From positions 22,010,001 to 22,074,000 of the forward strand of contig OX597820.1 in NCBI GenBank assembly GCA_951406725.2: a DNA stretch of 64,000 bases, written 5' to 3'. The translations under genes and the position numbers were made by a program. The notes under the pieces are model-generated. The model was not told the DNA's origin, ran no database searches, and worked only from the letters and a program-made list of their open reading frames with translations. Each line of letters opens with the position of its first letter. The stretch's first letter is position 1. This document shows, piece by piece, positions 11,700 to 25,534 of the stretch. This DNA is from Octopus vulgaris. Lineage: Eukaryota.

Positions 11700-12610
11700 C
11701 TGCTGCCTGGAGACCAATGCCACCGAATCTGAAAGGTGGTTTGGCCTGTTGCCAGCCGGCGTTATTAAAACTGGTATTGCAGATCAGTTCGGCACAACAC
11801 TGGCTAGTGTTATCGAAATGAATGAGCGGGTCACCGAGAGGGTGTTATATCGCACTGCGAAGCGAGAAAAGGAGTTTAGGCAGAGCGAAGCAATCTCTGA
11901 AGAGGGAGAGCGCCGAGTACGTGTCAATGAGGTGCATTCTCTCACTCATTCTGGACAAGTCTACAAGTTTTGCCACCAGGCAATCCATTACAAACTGGAT
12001 ACTGAGTACGGCGTCTCGAAATTCGGCCTCACTATAGCCCACTTTAATCACCTCCGAGTTGGACCGGTTGATCTCAAGCCTGAGAAGCTTTAGGGCTTGG
12101 ATAACCTGATGAAGGTCCCTAACAACAGATTCAGACGGGATACCCGGGGTCGCGTCATACAAGTACCAGACATTGAAAGCCATGTGTGAGTATAGTGAAT
12201 ATAGGGAGCAGGGACTTTTATGACACGTCTCTAATATATGGTCGCGTCTGACGTTCAAGACTTTTTAGAATCCAGTTTCAGTAGGAGGAAAGGGGACGAG
12301 GGTGGCGTGTGTTGTATGAAGTGTCTAGCAGCGTGGACACCAGCTTCACAAATGCACTTGGCTCTCATCCCTAGCTGGATGGGTCTGAGTCTCTCGCTCA
12401 AGTCATCGCTAACTGATCTGCAAGACGACGAAAAATGTTTTTCTCGCCGTTATAGGAAAGATGTTTCCGTCCTTCTTCAACGCAATCAGTTTGACTGACA
12501 AGCGAAGGTTTCGGGCTCGGCGGGAGAGATCTGCGTGGAGAAGCCAGCTTATCAAAGCGGTGGTGGATCGGAGTAAGTGTGCTTCCGCCTCGGTGGAGTG
12601 TGGTGAGATG
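11700..12610 (-). mobile_element. CRE-clade-like RT fragment
   Basis: NVWYLYDAT (WYLDD-like), LEINRSNSE, LFRDCFALPKLLFSLRS; homologous to 700-1320. Confidence 0.7.
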
Positions 12611-13089
12611 AAACCTTTCAGTGTATTTTATACAGAGAGCTATGTTGCAAAGTGAGTCTGTTCTCGTCGTTGTTCTAAAAATATTTTATTTTTATAGAGA
12701 GAATATGGTTCAGAACGTTATCAGTCAACGTACAGATTGATTGTTTGAGGATGGCCCCGCGGTGAGGCAAGGGAACCTTTATGTATCTATTTATTAATGT
12801 TGATTCATCAAGGAGCAATGAATTTGACTAAATGGATCTAAAATGTCAGTACTCCGATCTTTCAGCAGGTGACATGAGCCCGTTGCCACATAAGTCATCA
12901 AATGTTTAAATGCATTTTAAAATGTTGTATGAATGTTATCGAAATATCTCAAATTCTTTTCAAATGTTTTGCGACCAATATTTATTTTTAAAATACCGTT
13001 TCATGATGGCATTTTCCTTCTTGGCTCTTTTTGCAATGGGAAAATATTTAAATGTCTTATTTATCGTTGCATACAGAATCCATCTTTAT

Positions 13090-14600
13090 AGAAGGAGGTT
13101 ACTATAAAAGCTATACTTCTGGAAACCCCCGACCGCATTTGGAAAGATCGTTTTGAGTGTGTGGTGCTGCGTTTGTGTGATGTGTACTATTTTTATGTGT
13201 GTCAGTGGTGTAGTGCGTGGATGATTGTTCACTTTAAGGTCATCTTCACAAATGTTTGTGTTAGATGCAATGTAGTCCATTAGTTTTTTATTTTCTGTGT
13301 CTATTGCTGTTAGTTGTGTGTGTGTTTTTGCGGTGTCGTTGTTGGTTTGATTTTGTAAGGGGCTGTCAGGAATTATATATCTCCTTGCTTTACTTGCTTG
13401 TTTGGTGGGGGGGTTTTTATCTTTTCCTTTTACTCCCTGTGGCTATTTGCCATTTTGTCGAACTTTCGTCGTTAGACGAAAAGTCTGACGAATCAGAATG
13501 GGGTAAAGGCAAAGCATTTGCATCTATATGTATGTTTGCAGAAAGTGTTGTTGTTTTGTGTGGTGTTTGTGTTGTTGTGGTATTAGGGGTAGAATTGTCT
13601 TCTCGTCATTGTTATTTGTTTTCTTAGTTATCGTCCTTGGTGCTGGTGTTGGTCTGTCTTTTGATGTTGGTGGTGGTTTTGCTTCTTTATTTGGTTGCGA
13701 CGTCGGAGGTAATGGTGGTGGTGCTGTTTCTCTTCTTGGTGATATTGTTGGGGTTTTTTTGCTAGTTTGTTGTTCTTGGCGCTGTTCCATATTTCTATAT
13801 AATTCTTGCATCAATTGTGGGTTTGGTGGTGTTGGTAGCTTTTTTGCTGGACTAGGTCGAAAATCAAAGTGAATGTTACAAAACCAAGAAAATACAAAAT
13901 ACAAAATGCCGGTAATCTTCTCTTGTTCAAAATACTTGAAACAAAATTTTCTCACTCAGAAAAATGTTCTCACCGCATTTTTTAAATGTTATTGGCCAAG
14001 AAATTTTTTGAATTCGTGGGGATTTATCTCACATAAGACACCATATAAATGTTGATAAAGACGTAGCATATTTTAATCGGGGTTGACAAATGAATGTTTA
14101 TCCACATATAATTTCAATCCTGTTTTCCTAATATATATTTTTCCCCCTCGCTGGAGTAATTTTCTCGCATTTCTTACGATATTAATAACCGGCTAATATC
14201 AGTAATTATTCCTACAAATTCTCCGGCCGTCATTAACAAAGACTTGGTGATTGAAGAAAAGGGAACCGTTCTATTGAATTGCATGAATCTATAGATTTTC
14301 TTGACTTGTATCACAAGAAAGCATTCTAGCACTTTTAATGCAAGCGCCAAATCTTTTGGGAGAAAAATGGTTTTTAATATGAAAATGATTTTCTTTAAAA
14401 GTACAGACGTCATTCGTATAACTTACTTTGAAAATTATTGTGCACCTCTCAGAATTTGATTCGTTTAAGAAATTTAAAAGTCGTCTTCAAACCTTGCTGT
14501 ATCTTTGTTAGACAAGGCTTTTTTGCATATTCCAAAATCAAATTTATCGTCTTTATAATGTTCAAGCTCTTCGTTACCAAAGAAATGTATACACCTATCT
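13090..14600 (-). mobile_element. Possible decayed LINE ORF1/gag-like region
   Basis: Pro/Thr/Lys-rich broken ORF 13524..13955; no diagnostic motif. Confidence 0.25.
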
Positions 14601-15720
14601 TCTAAAGTTATAAATGGTGACAGAAATAGTGTGGTGAAATTTATTTAACCACTGGAAAAATCATATATTACAACAAATAGTTTTGTAACTTAAAGCATGC
14701 AAAGATAATTTATTTCATTACACGTAATAAAAATATTACATGTCTGCATTAATATAAAACAATTCTTTTAAATCAATTATATTCAAGGTGGTCGGATTGA
14801 CTACATAAATAGTTAATTATTATTACAAGGGGTTTAGATGATTATCATTAGAAGTAAAATAATAGTAAAGGTAAAATTTTAAAAATAATCATACGAATAT
14901 ATAAATAAATGAGTGTATGTATTTTCCCTTGATAACAATTAACACGGGAAAATAGATAAATAGTTACCAGGGTAGCTAAAAATCACACAAGTAAAGAGGT
15001 TGTAACTCCTTATTTTTAAAGGTAGAAACTTCGTGTTTACGTGGAATTTTTTGGATAATATATGAATAAATAAATGGAGTTTAACGCAAGTATAATTCAA
15101 ATACTTTTACTTTCTACACATGCTTCGAAGATTTCACTGATATTATTCCAAAGGAATAAAATGGTGTAAAGCAATGTAATCTTCTCTTCGGGGAAGTGAA
15201 GAAATGAAACTCGTCAATAAGATATTTTAACAGAAAATGATGGATATGTATAGTGATTTACTGAACGCTATTAATATTGTTTGAAAAAACGTTGTATGAT
15301 ATAACGTCAGAAGTACCCTATAGAAAGAGGAGGGATATTTTTTAGTGAATGTTAAATATAAAAAGAAAATTAATGTTTAAATTACATATAATGATAGAGA
15401 TTACTTATATGAACTAAAGGTGTGTTTTTGCCAATGTTTACGTCGGTATGCACGCTCTATATCCGTGTTTACTAGGGGATTTTTAGAAAAAAAAAATGAA
15501 AATAGTTCAGAATTACAAAGAAGACAGAATTCCTTGCCTTTGTTATAAGGTATCGAGATTGAGAGAATCAACCATTCTAAATTAAATTGTTCATTGTGGT
15601 CTTTTAGATCCCCAAATTAATTTACTGAGCCCTGTACCGTTACGTTTATTCCTATCCCTAAATATTGAGTAATGGATAGAAATTCTTTTAGATAAATGTA
15701 ACGAAGTGCTTCCAATGTAA

Positions 15721-16442
15721 AATTGTACTTTATTATGAGACTAGCTTAAGGTGACCCGCTCTACGCGCGGGTGATGTTTTGCTTGTTGGACCAATTTATA
15801 AATTTTTTTAACGACGGTCGCCTTGAGCATACAAATAAATTCTTTAAAAGGGTATAATGTTTCTTAGCACAGCAAACCTTTTATCCACGCAAAAACATAC
15901 CTTCTGATAAATAATATCTCTTATAATTGTGCGGTGGTGGGATATAATAATTCACCTTTCTGAAAGACCTGTGGTGGGAATATTTAAACTTTTGCGGCTG
16001 TCACAAACAGACATACATTAAGAGAGGCGGTGGAGAAGAAAGAGAGACAGCGGAGGTGTCAAACGTCGTTATAGAGAGAAATTGGAGGGAAGGGGAAAAG
16101 AAAGAGAGAGACGTAGAGAGAGAGAGAGACAGCGCTGGCGAAGGCGGCGGAGGAAAGATAGTAGACGCTATCAAACGACGTTATAGAGAGAAATTGAAAG
16201 GAAGGGAGGAAAGAGAGAGAGAGATGGAGGAAGACAGGCAGATAAAAGAATGAGAGGAGACTTGTCAAAGTGTGCATTTTTCGCCCTAGCAACGACACCT
16301 TTTAAGATTTCTAACCTAGCCCACTCGCATCCTCACCTCATTTTACATGTCTCTGTAAATTTTGGAGCCAATCCGACCCCATCTAATGCCCCTTAACCCG
16401 TTCCAATACCAAAATGAGACAAATTGTACTTTATTATGAGAT
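15721..16442. mobile_element. Helitron/Helentron-associated non-autonomous element
   Basis: Left end ...gagactag followed by hairpin acccgc...gcgggt; 20-bp aattgtactttattatgaga at both 15721 and 16421; internal GA-rich tract. Confidence 0.5.
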
Positions 16443-16499
16443 GGGATTAAATAAGGGTTATCTCCCTTCCTCCGCTTTGTATCGGTGCATAAATTAAAC

Positions 16500-17400
16500 T
16501 TGTTATCGTTAATTCCTTTACAACTAGATTTCATATCTACCTTATTGAAGTTAGAATAAGACTGAATATAATCAATGCAGAAAATTTTCTCTGTATAACC
16601 TGCATAAGTAAGGCAGAGTTATAAAATTCAGCGTTATCATTGAAAATGGTCAACATTAGCAGATAACTTAGATAATCTGAATGAAATATTCTTAACTAAG
16701 TTTCTAGTAATTGCCCTAGGATGATTACTAAATTTACTAATGTACTTAAGATTGGTCAATGGTTTATGATATGGAAAGTAAGAGTTAGTGTGTGAGTTAA
16801 GCGTAATATCTAAAAAGTTGGCATTCGTCATAGCATCAAAAATATGCTTAAGCCCATTCTACGGAAAAATTTACCTAAACTATTCTTAACTTTTTGTACC
16901 CTTTGGTTGGAAACATTTTGGAGGTAAAGTAAACAATCATCACGATATAGACCTCCATTAATGTTAGGGAACTGTTCTGCCATTTCCAAAAGTATATATA
17001 TACAGACTAAATCAGCTACTTGTGCTGAATCAGAGTGTGTCTTTAGGGACCCAAAACTTATTGTCAAATTTTATAATAGATTTTCTGGCTGCCAACACAG
17101 CATTAATTTCTTCCCTGGTGAGACCAGCTTTGTTATGAGCAAGCCAAAGTGCCTTATTAAGTACTATAGGGTTGATAGATGAATAAAAATTGGAAATGTC
17201 AAACTGGATAAACTTAGTCCTCTTATTAATAATTGAACTAAACCAGTCAACTACTTGAAGTGAATTAGACCATAAACTAAGTTTTAATTTTTTAATTAAA
17301 TTAGGAACATATTTATCTAGTATATTTTTACTAAGGACACCAATGTCAGAGCTAGAAGGGCAGATAAGCCTTAATGATGGGTTATTAAACTCCATCTATT
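16500..17400 (-). mobile_element. Naiad-type PLE RT fragment
   Basis: LRLICPSSSDIG, FIQFDISNFYSSI, GGLYRDD, NFLDITL, YISKFSNHP motifs across frameshifted ORFs. Confidence 0.85.
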
Positions 17401-17749
17401 TATTTATACATACGAATATATATACATATGTATATATGTATTATTTAATAGACACAATACATGATTTTTTGAGCTACATATATATTTCGTATGTTGAGAA
17501 ATACCTCAAACATATTCATCAGGCACAAACCACATCTTATAACGAACCAAAAATTGAATTAGAGAAGAGACACAAACAGTTGAGAAAGAATGGTATAGAA
17601 AACGCGAAAGGTTTAAAAACGAAAAAGTAAAAATTAAAAGTAAAAAAGGTAAAAGAGATATCTTCCTTAGACCTTAAATTATAAGGCTGGAAAGATATCA
17701 ACAAGTTAATCCGGTATAGCAGAATTTTCCAATTCTTCAAAATATACAA

Positions 17750-18092
17750 CCACTGAAAATTTCAGACTTAGAGTTCAGTAGTAAGTTTAGAGATCTTAGA
17801 TCAGAAAAGGATCAAAGCTCTTTCAGTTAAACATAGCTTACATTTATTTGATCCATTAACACAAGGTAGTGGATTTTTGGATTTTTCAATTATTTTCCAC
17901 TTAATCACATGTGGTGTTGCAATAGATTTTAAACTCCATATGTGGCGATCCAACTTAATAACTTTGCTTTTGCCCCTTATGTCGGAAGGAGGCTATGTGA
18001 TTGGCATAGCGATTTTTAAATTCTCCTTCACATAATCCTCTATAGGTATTCTTATTTGTTGTATTATCATCTAACGTTGCAGTAACTTCTGC
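17750..18092 (-). mobile_element. Naiad-type GIY-YIG fragment (pLTR-like, upstream of RT)
   Basis: Minus translation YRGLCEGEFKNRYANH...HIWSLK...KWKII...CKLCLTEK. Confidence 0.75.
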
Positions 18093-18769
18093 ATTTGCTG
18101 ATCTTCACTTCTACTTCAAGCGTCAACAATTGAATTATCATCAAATGAAAAGCTGTCCTCTCCTCCACTAGTAATTAAAACTTATATTAGAATCTTTGAT
18201 CAAGTGAACAGAATCCAGAGTCACACTCATGGGAAATAGCCAAAACGTCGTCTCGCTACAGACCAACGTCATGAGATGGATACTTCGATCTTAATGTGTT
18301 TAATACAAATAAACCCACAAGATCACAGATGTCATTATGCAACTTTTTTAACCCTGCTAATGTTTCACTAGGCAGTAATGTTTTCCTCGCATGTCTGATA
18401 AAATCTAGGTCTATAGGTTAATATCAACATAAGATTTAACTAACTCAGTGACTTTATTAGTAAATGTATTGATATTTAACAGGTTGTTATTATGTGAAGA
18501 GATAATTTGTAAGAGATTGTTTGTGTTGGAAAAACCACTCTTAACCGTATGTGAGTTGATAATAGAGTAATACCTAGAATTCTTTGGAAAATTCCTAATA
18601 ATAAAAATTTATAATGTCAAACTGAATGAGTTTAGCCTTATTCATATTTTTAATGTGCTAAACCAATCTATTACAGTAAAACTGTTGTTTCATTGAAATA
18701 TAACGTGTCTGGAATGATACAACAATGCAGAGTGGACTATAATAATTGTTAGAAATAAATTAATTATTC

Positions 18770-19400
18770 ATAGTCTAATATTTTGGAATATAAAAAATTC
18801 CTTCTTCAGAGATTGCTAGGAAGTAACGGAGTCATTGTTACATTCGGTTTTCATATTCTTCTAACGGTTACTGAAGTCTGTCGGAAGCGTTCCTGTAATG
18901 GTCTCACGAAATTCTTTCCGAAATTTCTCATAAGTGCGTGAGAGTAGTCATGTCTTGAGCTCGTGTGTGTTGGCATATTCGTAGCTCTGTTTCCAAATTA
19001 TGTATTATATATGCATTTTTATATAATGTTTTATATGAGCATGTTACCATCGTGCGTGTAGGGTATCTATCTTGTTGAATAAGATAGTGAGTGTTAATTT
19101 CCGACCTATTAATTTGGGGACCTAGTCTGTGTATGATGACAGCCTCCTTAATTCTAAAATTTCTTAAATCTCTGTCATTGGCCTCATTGTGACTTACGGT
19201 TTTGTCGGTGTTCCGGCATCAGTCTAGGTGTTTTCTGAAGGAGGAGGCCCGTGTGTTTAGATGTTCTTTGATGCGAATGTGTAATGGCCTTGTTGCGCTA
19301 CCCACGTAGAAATTGTTGTATCTGTTACATTGGATTCGATATACAACATGTACCCGTTGGCATAAATCTGTGTCACAGATGGGGCAGTTAGCTAGTGTTT
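18770..19400 (-). mobile_element. PLE GIY-YIG 3' fragment (family shared with 19470-21230 and 27060-27915)
   Basis: CPICDTDLCQRVHVVYRIQCNRYNNFYVGS; decayed HHR at about 18775-18812. Confidence 0.75.
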
Positions 19401-19469
19401 CGAATGGTACAACAATGCACTACAATACAGACAATGGGCTATATACATGTTGTAATTTAACTATCCATA

Positions 19470-21230
19470 GTCTGATAATATTTCGGAATAAAATTCCTTC
19501 CTCAGATATCCCTAGGAATTGATAGAGTCGCTGCTATAATCGGTTTTCTAACGGTTTTTCTTTTTTTCCCGGAAGCGTCTCAACAGTAGTCTCACGAATC
19601 TCCTTCCGGAATTCTTCATGAGAAGTGCGTGAGGTCGCCCTTGTCTCAATTTCGTGTGTGCTGGCACATCCAATTTCTTTATTAGCCACATGGGCCCAAA
19701 CATAGAGGGGGACAATACAGCCTGATTGGGGTCAGACACACAATGATTATATGACTTTTAAAATTTTACAAAATATAATGAACTCGAATCAAATCGAATG
19801 AGATACAACAAGGACGAAATAGAAACATGAGATGAAGCAGAGAGATGGCTTACGCTCCGACCCCACGAGCCCCATTCTCCTACTGAAACTTTTGTATCGA
19901 TGTTGTCGTATAATTGGATTATCCACCTAAGGAAGCCAAGACCCAGCCCGAACTGTACCAGCACGGACACCAGGTACCGATGGTCAACCCTATCGAATGT
20001 TTTTGACTGGTCTAAATGGACCAAAGCCCCCACCTTTGCCAGAATCACTACCAAACCCTTCTAAGGTATAGCGTATAAGATGGAAATTGTCCTGAATGCT
20101 TCTGCCGGGGACGGCACAGGTTTGTGCCTTATCGATCAGAGTATTCGCGACCCGCCCCAATCTTTTTGCTAGTACCTTGGCCAAAATCTTCACTTCTGCG
20201 TTTAACAGAGTGATGGGCCTAAAATTGTCTATCTTATCTCCCTTGTTTGGGTCCTTCCTGACTAGAGTCACCACTCCCCTGCGAACAGATCTGGGAATCA
20301 ACCCATTCTGCTGCCAGTTAGCGTAAACCCCGGCCAGAATTTGCCCAAACAAGTCTGGCATACTTTTGTACAATTCATAAGGCAAACCATCAAGTCACGG
20401 CGCCCTACCAGCTTTACAGTTCGTTATAGCCTCTCTCACCTCCTGAGGTGTTATCGGACCCTCACAGCACTCAGCATCCTGCCCCGAGAGATGCGGCAGC
20501 CCGGCAAGGAAGTCCGAATGGTCCAACCTACCATCCGGTCCATCGCCCCTCCCGAAAAGCTGTGCAAAGTGCTCCTGAAAAGCCTGACATATCTCATCGT
20601 GTTCGTTCACAATCTCGCCTTGTATGTTCTGGCACATCCGTAGCGCTGCTTCTAAGTTATGTATTATACGTGCAGTTTCCTTTTTTTCCCTTTTTTTTTA
20701 CTTCTCACTTCTTTTTTTTTTTTTTAATAAACTACAGATGAGCATATTATCAAAAATGAACCTACACTCATCCAGATGTATCTAAATAATTTATTGATTA
20801 CCAGCCTCCAGCCTGTTGTTAATTTGGGGCCCTAGTCTGTTTAGCTTCCTTAATTCTTAGATTACCCAAATTTCTTTCAGTGGCCTCAATTGTGACTTAT
20901 GCTTTTGTCAGTGTTCCGGCATCTGTCTAGATGTTTTCTGAAGGAGGAGGCTCTTGAGTTCAGATGTTCTTTGATGCAGACGTGTAACGGTCTCGTGCTA
21001 CTCACATGACTTGTTGCATTTCTTACATTGTATTCTATACACAACATTTACCCGTTGGCATAAATCTGTGTCACGGATGGGACAGTTTGTTGGTGTGCAT
21101 TGATTGTTGTCCCTTGTCCGTTTCTTTGCGAGGTCTCTTCTCAGAGAGGGGCCGGAGTGGGCTAGTTGTATGTCTAGTTCTTCTCTTCTTATGGCTCTTC
21201 GGATGGCTGTAGTTATCCTCTCGCTACTAC
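19470..21230 (-). mobile_element. PLE 3' fragment split by a Tx1 insertion
   Basis: Collinear with 27060-27800 once 19672-20628 is removed; HHR-like CUGAGGA aggaau...auucc GAAA at 19472-19510 (weak stem I). Confidence 0.75.
19672..20628 (-). mobile_element. Truncated, internally deleted Tx1-clade LINE
   Basis: KDPNKGDKIDNFRPITLLNAEVKILAKVLAKRL, QTCAVPGRSI, LDQSKTFDRVDH; 3' tail with AATAAA; 11-bp TSD ctggcacatcc at 19661-19671 and 20629-20639. Confidence 0.9.
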
Positions 21231-21914
21231 TAAAAAGCCATTATAAACACTCGTACTCTATTTCTTCACAATAAAGCTGTCGACGGACGACATGGTACAA
21301 AATTCGCAACTTAAAAATAAAAGTTTTATTCTCTATCGCATTTTCTAAGTTAGGACCTTAACGGCTCCGCTCTTCTCTTCAAGAGAATATTCCTGTAGAT
21401 ACAAATTGACAGAAAAACATATCTTGGGGCTTACATGTATCCCGACCGGCAAGAATAATGTATCAACTTCTATCTACACATTCAAATTCTGAATTCCAAC
21501 GGTATGCACAGCGTTTATGAGAAAAGACTGGTAAATCGAGCTATGGCAATACACCGGATATGAGTGAAAAGATTAAAATAAGTAAGCTTCATAACAACTT
21601 TAAAGAGATGGTGAATGCCAAGTGAAGAAGAATGGGATTTCGACGTGCTAAGAAAATTTAGCTCATTAGTCAAAGTGACTAAGAAATCTTCCAAGTTCTA
21701 GATGAAGCTGACAGAATGAGAAGCTTGACAGTACATAGTTAGCGGTTCAACGTCTTCAGAGCAACTAACTTAACTTTTAGGTTTTAGACGCGCTTTAGAT
21801 TTGGGCGGAAGATGTTGTTTGAATTTGCGCAACGCCAACCTTAACTGGTCAGCGTCTGTCCCAAACAGCTAACTCGTACTGCTGTAAAAAAATAAATTTA
21901 TCATGTCTTACTAC

Positions 21915-22300
21915 AGTCTCCTCTCCCTTCTCTCTTGAGACTCCATTTGATGTGCTGTAGTATGACTTTGCTGATCTTGAGAAAGTCTCATGTCACTTAT
22001 GTATTGAGACTATTTGATGTGCGTTTGGTGATCATGAGAAACTCTCATCTCCCTCCTTTATTGAAACTCCATTTGATGTGCTGCTGCATGCATTTTCTAA
22101 TCTTGGGAAAGTTTTATCTCCCCTCTCTCTTGAGACTCTATTTGATGTGCTGTAGTATGACTTTGCTGATCTTGAGAAAGTCTCATGTCACTTATGTACT
22201 GAGACTATTTGATGTGCGTTTGGTGATCATACGTTTGTTGATCATGATCTCCCTCCTTTATTGAGACTCCATTTGACGTGCTGATCTTGCAATTGCTGAT
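21915..22300. repeat. Higher-order tandem repeat (about 190-bp period, 60-70-bp subunits)
   Basis: gagact(cc)atttgatgtgc recurs; the block starting near 21930 is repeated near 22125. Confidence 0.8.
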
Positions 22301-23029
22301 CTTCACTTCTACTTCAACCGTCAACAATTGAATTATCATCAAATGAAAAGCTGTCCTCTCCTCCACTAGTAATTAAAACTTATATTAGAATCCAAACTAT
22401 CATTACCAACCTGGCTGTTGGGAAATCATTAGCATTGGTACTCATAGAATTTATCTCGCTAACACTAACCAACTTATCTCGAAGATAAAAACCAGATAAT
22501 TTGGATCTTTACCTTTTGACCGGCAGATTTAGAAAATAATTTTTTGTGACTTCGTATACTGGTAGAATGTTTCAAAATAAACTATCTTTTAATCTTAGCG
22601 TTTTTGAAAAAAGTTTATATTCATGAAGTTATTTCGTGTTAAAGTTGTCGTATTTCGGTAATTTCAACTAATCAATGACGTGTATTCAGCTGAATAAAAT
22701 TACACACCGATATACCATACATCTCTGAGTGTTTCCATACACACACACACATATACACAGACACATACACTCACACAGAGACATGTACACACATATATAT
22801 AAAGATATAAATGTACATGTATTCAAATGCGCACACGCATACATATACTCACCTACAGATCAATAAACACATTCACACCCATACATAGATGCGTATGCAT
22901 TTATCTATTCATTTTCATGTGCAGAGTTATATCGTTGAACGTTCCATCATAAATACACACTCCTATACATACTTGAAGGCGGTAAAAAATGGGTTTTGCA
23001 AGATAGAATAATAATTATAATTCATACAC

Positions 23030-23680
23030 TGTTCCATCTGGAAAATGCTTATTTGGCACGGTGGTTACATCTTGGAATTTTCTCATGTTTATTTATTAGA
23101 TTTTCATTACTCAGCAGAACACTCAGTGCTTCCTCAAGGCAAAGGTCACATTTGCCGGATAGTGAAATACATGGATGTGGTTTTTTTACATTTTTGACCA
23201 TTCTATTTGGTATTTAATTTTTGATTCTTTCAGTCTTCATATGAGGTCTGCCAGTGAAGTCGTGTGTCGTCTATTTATTTTCCGGAATGACGAGATGTGG
23301 TTTCGATAACGGACTTTGAATTGGTTTTCAGTGGCGCCTATGTACACGTAATTATGTTGAGATGTGTAGATTATGCCTTCATTATATACTATGTTTTTGA
23401 GCACATTGGTCCAAGAGCGGATATGTGGATTTTCTACGGCATGTGCAGTTAATCGTATTCTGGCGGCTTTTTGATTTTGCTTAATCGGTAATCTTTTTTG
23501 CTGGATCTTTTTTGATAATATATTTCAACTTCATTGTCACCGTATTTTACGCTATATTAGATTTTGCAGTCTACCTGTCGTTTATTTTGGTTATTGGTGT
23601 TAAATTCCGTGTAGTTTTGATTTGTTTGTTCTCTGCCAGCAGACGTTGTTTGTGTGCTCAATTTCTGGTTGTTGTATTTA
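23030..23680 (-). mobile_element. Naiad-type PLE C-terminal fragment
   Basis: Minus CTCRRKSTYPL...YVYIGATENQFKVRYRNHISSFR. Confidence 0.75.
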
Positions 23681-24601
23681 TGTATCCAGTAGACACAGAT
23701 ACTCAGCTACATACTTATAGGAATATTCCTTACTTAGTAATATATTATTAAAAAATACTATAATTGCTATAAACAAATTTATGAATGGGAATATTATCTT
23801 ATATAAAATTATTCTATTATTAAACATAGCCTGAACCATTTTAAATCGAAACCTATCTATTTATCAAATCTTGTCTAAATTATTTAATAACTAATAACAT
23901 AGAAAAATACGATAAATGGATCACTACATAAACAACAAGATTAACATAAGGAGAATATTATTATTCAAAGGCTTATACATATTAAAAATTACAATTTGGA
24001 GATCTTAAAATATACGTACCTTCTTTGCAAGTTTTAAACTATGAAGTAAATTTGAATGACAAACGTCTTACAGCGTTTAAGAAATTACGTTATCAAGAGA
24101 AATAGAATAAATATTTAATAAATTCTTTGCGCGTGATGAACCAACGTTATTTAAAGATTATGAATGGAATAATATGTTTATCATCGTAAATAGAATGAAT
24201 TTACTAAAATATTCTTTAATAAAACAAGCATGATAAACGAAACCCAAACAAAACAAATATAATGATCAAAACCACCCATTACCAGATACACAAGAACAAA
24301 CCTATATAGCAATCCCCCCATCTATACATTCACACACATATACACACTCATATTTACACACACCCACACCCATATACATATACACACTCACACATACATA
24401 TACATACGTACAATACTCGATATATACACCAATATATTCACACCCACACCCATACAAATAAATAAATAAATACATATACATCCATAAATATATATATATA
24501 TATATATATAATATTATTAGAGACAAAACCACTATTTTGCAAAACAAACAAGGAAAGACTTAATCAATACATAAAATTTTAATAAAAAGTCAAAAAAACC
24601 G

Positions 24602-24644
24602 CCACTACAATTGTTTCTTGTCCTGATCGACAATCTTCAGGTGG
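24602..24644 (-). ncRNA. Minimal type I hammerhead in (TA)n-flanked unit 24510-24680
   Basis: ccac CUGAAGA uugucgaucaggacaa GAAA caauug UA gugg. Confidence 0.85.
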
Positions 24645-25477
24645 ACTTCCAATTTTCAAGTCAGTTTCAAATTCATAATATATATATATATATATACACA
24701 TCATCAAATACACATATATATAAACACACAACCACAAAAATAAATAAATATATTATTATATGTATGTATGAGTGTGTACACGCATACGGGTGCAATCGCG
24801 CGCACATGCAAGCATGCATGTATACATGTGCATGCACAAGCACACGCATGTACATATGCACGCATGCACACCCGCATCTACACATGCACTTGTACACGCG
24901 CACACGTGCACACACGCACATGCACATGCATATTCACGGACACCCTCCCATACATCTATATATACGTATATATGGCTACATCACAATCCCACCCAGCATA
25001 AATAAATCTACCATGATCACCATTCCCAAACTATAATACAAGGGGATTGGAAACATTCACAATATGTAGGGGACAACCATCCAAATCCACCCCTATGCAT
25101 TCAACAACATGTGGCTCCCATTCATCCAATTCAACCCGTATCAGGTTATACCCATATAAGCCATAAATTAATATTATAGTATAATATATGAATGTAAATA
25201 AACATATCTAAATACGTACACAAATCCACATACACATATATATATCTATACATACACATATACATATAGACACAGATATAATATTCATTAAAAAATAACC
25301 ATGATAAATGAAACCCACATAAAAAATTAAATGACTAAAACCACCAATTATTAAATACACAATACATCTATATAGCAATACCCCCACACTATAAACTATT
25401 TCCCACACCCCCACATCTCAAACTAAGACTGATATTCATAACAAACCCATAATACTACACTCCCTAATATTTATTAT

Positions 25478-25534
<57 letters not shown>

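Noticed and set aside
16500-18092. Selenocysteine recoding reported for some Naiad elements
   Set aside because: Fragments are frameshifted; I saw no TGA consistently at conserved Cys positions and could not identify a SECIS by eye
24720-24950. Long alternating purine-pyrimidine tract (Z-DNA potential, His/Cys-rich ORFs)
   Set aside because: Degenerate (CA/TG) microsatellite, common throughout this genome
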